Assembly (NCBI GenBank): GCA_963792585.1
Contig: CAWBWI010000001.1
Span: 1,600,001-1,664,000 of the forward strand
Source of the DNA: Candidatus Eiseniibacteriota bacterium
Lineage (GTDB): Bacteria > Eisenbacteria > RBG-16-71-46 > CAIMUX01 > VGJL01
DNA: 64,000 nt
Direction: 5' to 3'
Shown here: positions 8,943 to 18,037 of the stretch, one piece after another
Position numbering within the stretch: the stretch's first letter is position 1
Layout: each line of letters opens with the position of its first letter
The notes under the pieces: model-generated
What the model saw: the letters and a program-made list of their open reading frames with translations, nothing else
The model's database searches: none
What the model was told of the DNA's origin: nothing
Made by a program: the position numbers and the translations under genes

Positions 8943-11587
8943 AGACGCAATATGAAGCGGAGCGTCCCCGGTTGACGCGTGAGGAGCACCAGGCGGTTTG
9001 GCGGCGGATTCTCGAGGCCTCCGAATCCCCGCGGGGGGGCGTGCGGCGAATGCGCCTCGCCGGCGCGGCGGCGGGAGTGGCTCTTGCGATCACGGGATGG
9101 ATCCTGGTCACGCATCATGGACAGGCCCCTCCGGGGCCCGCGATGTCATCCTTCGAGAACGAGGACCTTCCGGAAACCGGACCGAGCGCGCCCCTGGACT
9201 CCCCCGCACGCGAGCCCCTCTCATCCCCCTCCACTCCTCCCGAACCCGTCCGCACGGTGGGACAAGACCGTCCAGTCGCCGCGAGCATTCCGGCGACCCC
9301 GTCCGGCCGGGCGGCGGGCTCGGGGGAAGGGAGCGGATCCAATACGCCCGCACAGGCGACGGCAACTTCGTTCGATTCAACCGCCATGGCCTCCTCCGGA
9401 GCGGTCACTCCGCCCGATTCTGCCTCCATGACCTCCCCGGGACCGATGACCCCGCGCGATTCGACCGCCATGGCCGGCGCCGGCAACGCCGAGCCCCCTC
9501 CGGTCGGCCCAGGAAAGACGACGACGATCGCCGCCTCGCGTTCAGCGGGTAGGGCCTCGGCCGGATCGATCCGGGGGATCGTGACGGGAACGGACGGGAA
9601 GCCCCTGCCCTATGTGAACGTCGTGGTGCTCGGCACCGCATGGGGCGCCATGTCGAATCAGGATGGGCTCTTCTCGATTCGGAACGTCCCCGAAGGGGTC
9701 TTCGCGGTCAAGGCCATGTGCATTGGATACTCCGATCGCCTGGTCGACTCCGTCGCGGTGCTGCCGGAACTCACGGCAAGTCTGGACATCGAGCTGGAAC
9801 AGAAGGTCGTCGGGACGATGGACATGGTCGAGATCACGGCCGCCCGACAGCTGATCAGGCTGAAGTCGACGGAGTCGAGACACAATACCAACTCGAAGAA
9901 CATGGAGAATCTCCCGCTCGATGAAGTTTCGGAGCTGATTGGTCTCAAGGCGGGCGTCGTCGCCCAGGGCGGGGAACTGCATTTCCGAGGAGGTCGCTCC
10001 GGAGAGGAGCACTACCTGGTGGACGCGGTCACCGCTCGCGACCTTCGGGTCGGCGGTCCCGCCAACCAAACCGGTGGGAATGCCGCGACTCCTCCATCAC
10101 CCCCCGTCGTCCCCATCACGGGCGGGTCGACCCTGCCAAACGACGAGGTGTACGACTCGATGTACTTCGAGCACTATGGGGTCAATCCATTCATCGTCAC
10201 GCAGGAGGATTCGCTTTCGACCTTCGCGGCGGACGTGGATGCCGCCTCCTATACTCTTGCGCGCCGTTACATCGAACTCGGTCATCTCCCGCCGAAGGAC
10301 GCCGTCCGCGTGGAGGAGTTCATCAACTTCTTCAAGCAGGGGTATCCCGAATTCCAGGAACCCGATTTTCGGATCCTCATCGACGGCGCGCCCTCGGCTT
10401 TCGGTGACGGATATCATCTGCTGCGCATCGGTCTGAAGGGTCGCGTCGTCGATCCGGAGCATCGCAAGCCGGCGAACCTCACATTCGTGATCGACGTCTC
10501 CGGATCGATGCAGCGGGAGGACCGGCTGGAACTCGTGAAGAAGGCTCTCGAGATCCTGATCGACAAGCTTCGGCCGGACGATCGGGTCGGACTCATCGTC
10601 TACGGAACCCACGCCCGTTTGGTTCTGGAGCCGACATCGATCGGCGAGAAAGGGGCTCTCCTGCTCGCGATTCGCGCTCTCCGTCCGGAAGGAAGCACGA
10701 ACGCGGAGGAGGGACTGCTGCTGGGCTACGAGATGGCCAGGCGAAACCACGACCCGCAGAAGCTCAACCGGATCATCCTGTGCGCCGACGGCGTCGCGAA
10801 TGAAGGGGTGACGAGCGCGGAAGCGATCCTCGACCGTGTCCGCCGGGAAGCGGATCGCGGAATCGCCCTTTCGACGATCGGATTCGGGATGGGCAACTAC
10901 AACGACGTCCTGATGGAGAAGCTGGCGGACAGGGGCGACGGGAATTACTACTACGTGGATCGACTCGATGAGGCGGCACGTGTCTTCGAAGAGAACCTGA
11001 CCGCAACGCTCCAGACCATCGCCCGGGATGTGAAGATCCAGGTCGCTTTCGACCCGCGGCGGGTCGCCCGCTATCGCCTGCTCGGGTTCGAGAATCGGGA
11101 CGTGGCCGATCGAGATTTCCGCAACGACAGGGTCGACGCGGGCGAGATCGGCGCGGGCCACGAGATGACGGCCCTTTACGAAGTGAAACTGATCGACGGA
11201 GTCGAGACGGGCAGGATCGCGACCGTGCGCGTTCGTTACGCACGCCCCGATGGGGATTCGGTTGGGCCGCCCGATGTCCGCGAGTTGGAGGGTCGGTTCG
11301 ATGCGAGCGACTTCGCGCGGTCGTTCGATGAGGCGCAACCCCGATTCCGACTCGACGCTGCGGCGGCGGAACTCGCCGAGATCCTCCGCCACAGCTTCTG
11401 GGCGAAGGAGAGCCGGCTCGTCGATGTCCTGTCCATTGGCCGACGCGTGGCGGATGAGCTCGGGGAGGACGAGGACGCCCAGGCCTTTGCCAAGATCGTG
11501 GAAAGGGCGACCGGTCTCGGCGAGCGAGTCACCCCCGGAGAACGGGTCCATGGCGCGAGGCCGACGCAGCCTTCGCCTTCGGAGTGA
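8939..11587 (+). CDS. Membrane-anchored vWA (YfbK/DUF3520-like) protein with carboxypeptidase-regulatory-like domain and TonB-plug-like segment; probable anti-sigma partner
   Basis: ATGA overlap with the sigma stop; short cytoplasmic N-terminus, TM helix, Pro/Ser/Thr linker, GSIRGIVTGTDGKPLPYVNV, LHFRGGRSGE, STFAADVDAASY, VRVEEFINFF, MIDAS DVSGSM, IARDVKIQV, DAGEIGAGH. Confidence 0.88.
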   Translation: MKTQYEAERPRLTREEHQAVWRRILEASESPRGGVRRMRLAGAAAGVALAITGWILVTHHGQAPPGPAMSSFENEDLPETGPSAPLDSPAREPLSSPSTPPEPVRTVGQDRPVAASIPATPSGRAAGSGEGSGSNTPAQATATSFDSTAMASSGAVTPPDSASMTSPGPMTPRDSTAMAGAGNAEPPPVGPGKTTTIAASRSAGRASAGSIRGIVTGTDGKPLPYVNVVVLGTAWGAMSNQDGLFSIRNVPEGVFAVKAMCIGYSDRLVDSVAVLPELTASLDIELEQKVVGTMDMVEITAARQLIRLKSTESRHNTNSKNMENLPLDEVSELIGLKAGVVAQGGELHFRGGRSGEEHYLVDAVTARDLRVGGPANQTGGNAATPPSPPVVPITGGSTLPNDEVYDSMYFEHYGVNPFIVTQEDSLSTFAADVDAASYTLARRYIELGHLPPKDAVRVEEFINFFKQGYPEFQEPDFRILIDGAPSAFGDGYHLLRIGLKGRVVDPEHRKPANLTFVIDVSGSMQREDRLELVKKALEILIDKLRPDDRVGLIVYGTHARLVLEPTSIGEKGALLLAIRALRPEGSTNAEEGLLLGYEMARRNHDPQKLNRIILCADGVANEGVTSAEAILDRVRREADRGIALSTIGFGMGNYNDVLMEKLADRGDGNYYYVDRLDEAARVFEENLTATLQTIARDVKIQVAFDPRRVARYRLLGFENRDVADRDFRNDRVDAGEIGAGHEMTALYEVKLIDGVETGRIATVRVRYARPDGDSVGPPDVRELEGRFDASDFARSFDEAQPRFRLDAAAAELAEILRHSFWAKESRLVDVLSIGRRVADELGEDEDAQAFAKIVERATGLGERVTPGERVHGARPTQPSPSE
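9374..9480 (+). repeat. Three imperfect 42-bp tandem repeats in the vWA protein linker
   Basis: GATTCnnCCnCCATG units start at 9374, 9416 and 9458, encoding DSTAM, DSASM, DSTAM. Confidence 0.7.
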
Positions 11588-11959
11588 GGCATCGATTCAC
11601 GCTGTGACCTCCGCATGGCTGCTCAGACACATCGAATCGAGTCCGGGATCCAGTGCTGAGCGCTGGTTTCCGGACTTCCAGCCGACATAGTGTTACTTTT
11701 CCCGTATCTGCCGTGTCGACGGTTCCTCGTCATTTGCCCTCATCCAGATCGCTGACCGCGGCGTCTTCTCCTAATGACTGCTTGGAACATCGCCCGATAA
11801 CTAGGACGGACCAACTGTCGCCCAACCGGCCATGGCCGGAACGGAACACTCCAGTTCGACCCAGCGACTGTACGGGGGGTTCTCGATGCTGTCGGTACGA
11901 GACTCTGAATCCAATCCCGGGGATCAAACGACCTCCCACCCGTCGATTGCCCCGCCTCG

Positions 11960-12388
11960 ATGAAGGAACGGAAGACGGAAGGCGTGGCCTGCGGAGGAAC
12001 GGAGACGATCCTCCTCGCCGAGGACGAAGCGATTGTGCGGATGCTCAACGAGCGCGTCCTCCGAGAGGCCGGGTACACGGTGCTGACCGCGGTGGATGGG
12101 CAGGAGGCGGTTCGCGTGTTCGAGGCGAATGCCGATTCCATCTCCCTGGTCATCCTGGACGTGGTCATGCCCAGGATGGACGGAATCGTCGCCTGTCACC
12201 ATATCTGGAAGATCCGGGAGGACGTGCTCTTCCTCTTTACCAGCGGCTATGGCGCCGACGTTCTAGGCACCGGGTTCCTGGAGGAAGCAGGCCACTGCTT
12301 TCTCGGGAAGCCGGTGAAGGCCTCCGACCTGCTGCATAAGGTTCGCGAGATTCTCGGCCCCGGGAAACGCCCGATGCCGGCGGCGTAG
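11960..12388 (+). CDS. Stand-alone receiver domain (CckA-type hybrid-kinase receiver)
   Basis: GTETILLAEDE, LVILDVVMPRMDG, FTSGY, FLGKP. Confidence 0.88.
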   Translation: MKERKTEGVACGGTETILLAEDEAIVRMLNERVLREAGYTVLTAVDGQEAVRVFEANADSISLVILDVVMPRMDGIVACHHIWKIREDVLFLFTSGYGADVLGTGFLEEAGHCFLGKPVKASDLLHKVREILGPGKRPMPAA

Positions 12389-12519
12389 CGGCGAGGGGTC
12401 GACGCATCCGGCCCTCCCTGTCCTCGGTGAATAGGGAGGCGGCTCCGGTGACGCCGGGTTCCGCGCATGGTAGACTGCGCGGGTCGATGGAATCGGCCCT
12501 GACGGGGAGCGCACAAACC

Positions 12520-13443
12520 ATGGACATTCTTCACACTATCGGCAACACATCGATGGTCCGACTTCGCAAGGTCGTGCCGCCCACGTGTGCGGACATCTTC
12601 GCAAAACTCGAGGGGGAAAACCCCACCGGCAGCGTCAAGGACCGGATGGCCTACGCCGTGATTTCACGGGCGGAGGATGACGGCCGACTGAAGCCCGGAG
12701 ACACCGTCCTCGAGTACACGGGTGGCAGCACGGGGACGTCGCTCGCGCTTGTCTGCGCCGCCAAGGGCTACCGTCTCCGGATCGTCACCTCCGATGCGTT
12801 CAGCCGGGAAAAGCTGGATCACATGGCCGCTTTGGGTGCGGAGCTGACGCTCGTTCCGAGCGAGGGAGGCCTCACCACCAAGAAGCTAATCCTGGACATG
12901 ATCGAAGTCGCCCGTGGGATGAGCCGGCAGCCCCACACCTACTGGACGGATCAGCTCAACAATCGTGACAGCATCGCGGGATACGCCTCTCTGGGCGAGG
13001 AGATCTGGAGTCAAACGAAGGGTGAGATAGACGCCTTCGTACACTGTGTGGGCACGGCGGCATCCCTGCGCGGGGTCGCCGTGGTGCTGAAGCAATACAA
13101 GCCGAGCATCAAGATCGTCGCCGTCGAACCGGCGGAATCCTCGGTCCTGCTGGGAGGTCAGGCAGGGCCTCACAAGATCGAGGGAGTTGGGATTGGCTAC
13201 ACTCCCCCTCTGTGGGAGCCGACCCTTGTGGACGAGATCGTGCCCGTCCGAACGGAAGACGCGAAGGAGATGGCCAGGCGCATCGCGCGGGATGAAGGGC
13301 TCTTCGCGGGGACCTCCTCCGGCGCAAACGTCGTCGCAGCGCTTCTGGTGGCGGAGCGGCTGGGGCGGGCCGCCAAAGTCGTCACGCTGATGGCGGACTC
13401 GGGCCTGAAGTACCTGAGCACCGATGTGTACAGAACCAAGTAG
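12520..13443 (+). CDS. PLP-dependent cysteine synthase family protein
   Basis: KLEGENPTGSVKDR (PLP Lys), HKIEGVG, EGLFAGTSSGAN, DSGLKYLST. Confidence 0.9.
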   Translation: MDILHTIGNTSMVRLRKVVPPTCADIFAKLEGENPTGSVKDRMAYAVISRAEDDGRLKPGDTVLEYTGGSTGTSLALVCAAKGYRLRIVTSDAFSREKLDHMAALGAELTLVPSEGGLTTKKLILDMIEVARGMSRQPHTYWTDQLNNRDSIAGYASLGEEIWSQTKGEIDAFVHCVGTAASLRGVAVVLKQYKPSIKIVAVEPAESSVLLGGQAGPHKIEGVGIGYTPPLWEPTLVDEIVPVRTEDAKEMARRIARDEGLFAGTSSGANVVAALLVAERLGRAAKVVTLMADSGLKYLSTDVYRTK

Positions 13444-13660
13444 GACGCGTTCGCACGCACCGCGTGGCTGAAAGGATTCCGGCCGGATAGCCGCCATCGC
13501 CGGGCCGAGCATCCCCGAGCGGCAGTGGGCGCCTGTCAACGAAGACTCTCCCGAGCTTCGCCGACAGGCGCCGATCGTTGGAACCTATCCGGGGAGACGC
13601 GCACTCTGCGGCTGCATCCACCCCTCACACCGAGGAAGCTACTCTCACCCTCACCGCCCT

Positions 13661-15085
13661 CTAGCCCGTCGGACGGACGTTCGCGTTGACCTGGAAGAGG
13701 TTCGTTGGATCGTACTTGTTCTTCAGTTGGACGAGCCGATCGTAATTGGCGCCGTATGCTGCCTTGACACGGCCCTGTTCCTCCTGGGTCAGGAAGTTCA
13801 CATAAGCACCGGCCGCGGCAAACGGAGTGGTTGCATTGAACAGGTCCCGGGCCCAGCCGATGCACTTCGCGTCGTTCGCAGGATCGGCCCACCTCCCGTG
13901 AACGTTGAGCACGAACTGCGCGTCCCGGGCCGTATAGGCGGTCGCGTTCGCCGGGACCCTGTTGACCGCCCCGCCGAGTTGCGCGAACGCGATTTCCGTC
14001 TGCGGGTCCGGGATCCGCTTCGCGTGGTCGATGAAGACATCGATGAGGCCGTCGCTCAGCTCCCGGAAATTGTGCGACTTCCAGTAGTTGCGCGCCCCGG
14101 GCGTCAGCATGGGATCCAACAGGGTCTGCCACGTCGTGTAGGAAGTTGGCGCGATGACGTCCGCCAGCGGTTTGCCATAGTCCCGCAAGGGCTTGGCGAT
14201 GCGCTCCCCGTCCTCCAGCTTGCCGCTGTAGCACACGGCCAATGCGAGGATCTCTTTCCCGTGCCACTCGGGCGAGAGGAAGGGAAGGGGCGGAGCCTGC
14301 CGGAGCACGAGCCAGCAGACCATCTCCTCCGGTGTGCCGGCGATGTAGTCCCGATAGTAGCGGAGGGTGTCGCGGGCCGACTCGAGAGGATGGATGATCA
14401 ATCCGGAGAAGACCTCCGGGCCGACCTGATGAAGACGGAATTCGAATGAGGTCACGACCCCGAAGTTGCCGCCACCACCCCGAACGCCCCAGAACAGGTC
14501 CGCGTTCTGCGACTCGCTGGCGGTGACCGCCTCGCCCGCGGCAGTGACCAGACCGACGGAGATGAGGTTGTCGATGGTGAGCCCGAACCGGCGACTGAGC
14601 CAGCCGAAGCCGCCACCAAGGGTCAGCCCGGCGACGCCCGTCGTCGAGTTGATCCCGAGAGGCGTGGCAAGACCATGCGCCTGCGTCTCCCGGTCGATGT
14701 CCGCCAGGGTCGCTCCCGCGCCCACGCGCGCGGTCCGGTGAGCGGTATCCACTTGAACCGAGTTCATCAGCGAGAGATCGATCATGATGCCGCCATCGCA
14801 GACCGCATTCCCCGCGATGTTGTGGCCGCCCCCGCGGACCGCGACCAGCAAGTCGTGCTTGCGGGCGAAACGAACCGCTTCGATCACATCCTGCGCCTCC
14901 GCACATCGGACGATCAGCGCGGGGCGTCGGTCGATCATCGCATTCCAGACGGTGCGCGCATTTTCGTATCCCGACGATGCAGGAGTCAGGACCTGACCCT
15001 CCATCGTCCTCGTGAGTTCCTCGATCGCATCTTGCTTCAAGGATGTCTCCCCGCCCGCGCGAGTCTTCACCTGCAGATCTGGCAT
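13661..15085 (-). CDS. FAD-linked oxidoreductase (berberine-bridge/VAO family)
   Basis: GAGGAG RBS and ATG at 15085; VRGGGHN, GLTLGGGFGWL, DLFWGVRGGGGNFGVVT, YVNF, KNKYDPTNLF. Confidence 0.93.
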   Translation of the reverse strand: MPDLQVKTRAGGETSLKQDAIEELTRTMEGQVLTPASSGYENARTVWNAMIDRRPALIVRCAEAQDVIEAVRFARKHDLLVAVRGGGHNIAGNAVCDGGIMIDLSLMNSVQVDTAHRTARVGAGATLADIDRETQAHGLATPLGINSTTGVAGLTLGGGFGWLSRRFGLTIDNLISVGLVTAAGEAVTASESQNADLFWGVRGGGGNFGVVTSFEFRLHQVGPEVFSGLIIHPLESARDTLRYYRDYIAGTPEEMVCWLVLRQAPPLPFLSPEWHGKEILALAVCYSGKLEDGERIAKPLRDYGKPLADVIAPTSYTTWQTLLDPMLTPGARNYWKSHNFRELSDGLIDVFIDHAKRIPDPQTEIAFAQLGGAVNRVPANATAYTARDAQFVLNVHGRWADPANDAKCIGWARDLFNATTPFAAAGAYVNFLTQEEQGRVKAAYGANYDRLVQLKNKYDPTNLFQVNANVRPTG

Positions 15086-15484
15086 TGCAGTCTCCTCGAG
15101 AGCCTCCTTTGAATGCTGTTCGAGACTGCATTCTCCGGGAGCCATGAACGGTTGGATTCTCGGCGGCCTCCTAAGGGACGGAACAGCATACGCGTCCGTA
15201 CGGGGGTAGTTCCAACGCTTCCGCGGTCGACGCCTGGGGACGTCCCCGACGCCGCCATACGTGAATGGACTCACACACCGCGGCGCCGGGAAGCGCCCCT
15301 TCTCGAATCGGGCCCATTCGCCAAAATGCGTGACTGGGCCGCCATCCGGGTGTAAAATACGTGCCGGAAGTCTGAAAGCGCCGAGCGGATGGATGGACTG
15401 TCCCCTCCGAAAGTCCACCGCCCGCGTAGCGGCACTCTGCCGGCCCGATGATTCGAGCCCGCAGGCCTATGAAGGAGGTTGCTC

Positions 15485-16962
15485 ATGAGGCCGCGCCCCT
15501 CCGCGCACGACCATCGGATCGGATGTCCTTCGATCCCCGCGATTCTCTTCTTCCTTGCCCTTGCGTTCGTCCTCCACCCCTGCGCGGAAGCGGTCTCGTG
15601 GCAGGACGATGTCACCGTCAGTGACTACCCCATGTGGTCCTTGACGGGCCCGTCCGTCGCGACCGCCGAAGACGCCAGAACCCATATCGTCTGGTCCGAA
15701 CAGCTCGGAGAAGACATGGGGGACCAGGTCTTCTACCGCAGCGGATCCGGGAACGACTGGAGCCCGATCGTCCAACTCTCGAGCTCCTATGGGACATCGA
15801 ACCCTACGATCGTGGTGGACCGTGCGGGGCGAATCCACGTCGCATGGGCCGACTATGACGACGGACAGGCCGGCATCTTCTACCGCCGCCTCGAGGCCGG
15901 CGCATGGACGCCGGTCGTACGCCTGAACAACTACAACGGGCGCAATGCCGACCACCCGCGTCTCGCCGCCGATCCGGACGGGACCGTTCATCTCGTCTGG
16001 GACCAGGGGGATCTTATCCTCCGCCCGCCTACGCGGAGATCTACTACTCGCATTGGGACGGGACCACATGGACCGCGCAGGAGCCGCTGACGGAGGGGGC
16101 CAACATAGCGGTCGAGCCGGCGATCGCGGTCGCTGCGAACGGCGACGTCCACGTCCTCTGGCAGGACAACAGCACCGGGGTCGACCGCGCCCACCACCGC
16201 GAGCGCGTCGCGGGGGTCTGGTCGGCTGTGGCGGTGATCGGATCGGGAAGCGAACCGGTGCGTCACCCCGACATCGCCGTGAGCCCATCGGGTGGCGTCC
16301 ACGCGGTAATGGTGCGCGGCCAGTCCACCCAACGAGTGTGCTACTCGAGGCTCACCGGGACCGCGTGGCTGGAGCCGACGCCGCTCACATCGAATCCATC
16401 CGACTATCCGCGTATCGCGACCAGCCGGTGCGGCGACGCGCACTCGGACGTTCACATCGTCTGGCAGGAATATGCCGAGCCGGTGAGCGTCATCACGTAC
16501 ATGAACATCCACGGCCTCTCGTTCGGAGCCCCGGAGCCGATCACGGGCGGGACCGCTAATGCGGTCCACGCCGCGATCTCCGTGGATCCGATCTGCAATC
16601 TCGACGTCGTCTGGCAGGACAACCGCGAGAACACGTTCATGCAGGGCGTCTACTACATGCAGGGGATCGTCTCGGCGTCCGGGGTCGACGGCTTCGGGCC
16701 GGGGCGAATGACCGAAATCGTTTGCGCCCCCAACCCGTTCGACGAACGCGCGACGTTTCGAATGCCGACCGGCACGTCGGGGACGGTGCGAATCTTCGAT
16801 GCCGCGGGACGAATTGTCCGGTCCCTGGAGGTCGTTGGCGGAACGGGGCGCGAGATCGAGTGGGACGGTAGGAACGACGCCGGTGAGCCGCTCGGTCCGG
16901 GGGTCTACTTCTACCACCTCGACGGTACGCCCGAGGCCGGCCGCGTCGTCCGGCTCCGGTGA
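15485..16962 (+). CDS. Secreted repeat (BNR/beta-propeller-like) protein with FlgD/T9SS-like C-terminal domain; one apparent frameshift
   Basis: AGGAGGT RBS; repeated P-x-I-A...H[IVL]VW...IYY units continue across ORFs 15479..16090 and 15904..16962. Adding one G to the G-run near 16005-16010 gives HLVWDQGGSYPPPAYAEIYY. Ends PNPF..WDGRNDAG..GVYF. Confidence 0.8.
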
Positions 16963-16978
16963 GGGGCCGGCGGCCCGG

Positions 16979-17311
16979 CTAGATGCCCATGCCGGCCAGA
17001 AGGTTGCAGATCTTGTTGACCACAGCGGTCAGACCGGGATGTGAGATCTCAAAGCCGGTCACCGACTCCTTGAGGCCCTCGCGGGAGATCTCCTGGAGTT
17101 TCGCCGACTTCTCCTCACGCGCCGCCTCGTGAGCCGCCGCCTCGGCGAACTGCGCGATGCTGCGCGCTCGATCGAGGTGCGATGCCGGGAGGGCGCGCAC
17201 CTCCGCCTTCAGTTGCTCGAGCAGGCGGATGAGTTCTTCCCTATGCTCCGGGCCGGTCTCACCGGCCCGCCGAATGGCCTCCTCGATCTTCGCGATAGTC
17301 TCGTCGATCAT
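16979..17311 (-). CDS. DUF4404-like helical protein
   Basis: 110 aa ending FEISHPGLTAVVNKICNLLAGMGI; GGAGGG RBS. Confidence 0.8.
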   Translation of the reverse strand: MIDETIAKIEEAIRRAGETGPEHREELIRLLEQLKAEVRALPASHLDRARSIAQFAEAAAHEAAREEKSAKLQEISREGLKESVTGFEISHPGLTAVVNKICNLLAGMGI

Positions 17312-17434
17312 GACGTTCCCTCCCCGACGTTACTGCGCAACCCTCGAGCCCGGACCCCGCCCAGGCCATTGTATCCTCTCAGCGCCATGTGCGAAGCGGG
17401 AGTTCCCCGGTGCCGCACTCCCATTCTTCTGGGG

Positions 17435-18037
17435 TCAGGGGAGCCGGACCACCGAGAAGATCACGATCGCTTCGATCGGCACGTCCTGGAGCCCTCCGAC
17501 TGCGCGCGTCGGCGCCGCCACGATCGAATCGACGACGGCCATCCCCTCGAGCACCCGGCCGAAGACGGCATAGCCGTTCCCGTCCGGCCTGGGATAGTCG
17601 AGGTTCGGATTGTCCTTCACATTGATGAAGAACTGGCAGTTCGCGGAATTCGGATGGCTCGTGCGGGCCATGCCGATTGCGCCGCGCACGTTCTTCAATC
17701 CGTTCCTCGCTTCCAGAGCGATCGCGGGACGGATCGGCGGCTTGAGCGACATGTCTTCGGTATACCCGCCCCCCTGGACGATGAAGCTCGGGACGACACG
17801 GTGGAAGAGCGTTCCCGAGTAGAAGCCGTCATCCACGTAGGCAAGGAAGTTGGCAACGGTGATGGGCGCGCGCTCCGCGTCCAGTTCCAGGAGAAGGTTC
17901 CCCTTCGTCGTCGACATGCGCACCAGGATCGGTTCGGCCGTCGGCTTGGTGCCCTCGTCCGAGCAGCCGAGCGCCATGGCACCGATGAGCGCCACGACGC
18001 ATAGGAGCCTGCCCGTAGCGCTCCCGAGCCGCCGCAT
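17435..18037 (-). CDS. Cyclophilin-type peptidyl-prolyl cis-trans isomerase (lipoprotein)
   Basis: Lipobox ALGC; APITVANFL, FHRVVPSFIVQGGG, MART..PNSA..QFFIN, GYAVFGRV; start overlaps the permease stop. Confidence 0.93.
   Translation of the reverse strand: MRRLGSATGRLLCVVALIGAMALGCSDEGTKPTAEPILVRMSTTKGNLLLELDAERAPITVANFLAYVDDGFYSGTLFHRVVPSFIVQGGGYTEDMSLKPPIRPAIALEARNGLKNVRGAIGMARTSHPNSANCQFFINVKDNPNLDYPRPDGNGYAVFGRVLEGMAVVDSIVAAPTRAVGGLQDVPIEAIVIFSVVRLP

Noticed and set aside
15479..16962. Two separate genes or a phase-variable G-tract
   Set aside because: A single missing G in a short homopolymer restores one protein; this is a typical long-read error and the run is too short to suggest phase variation.
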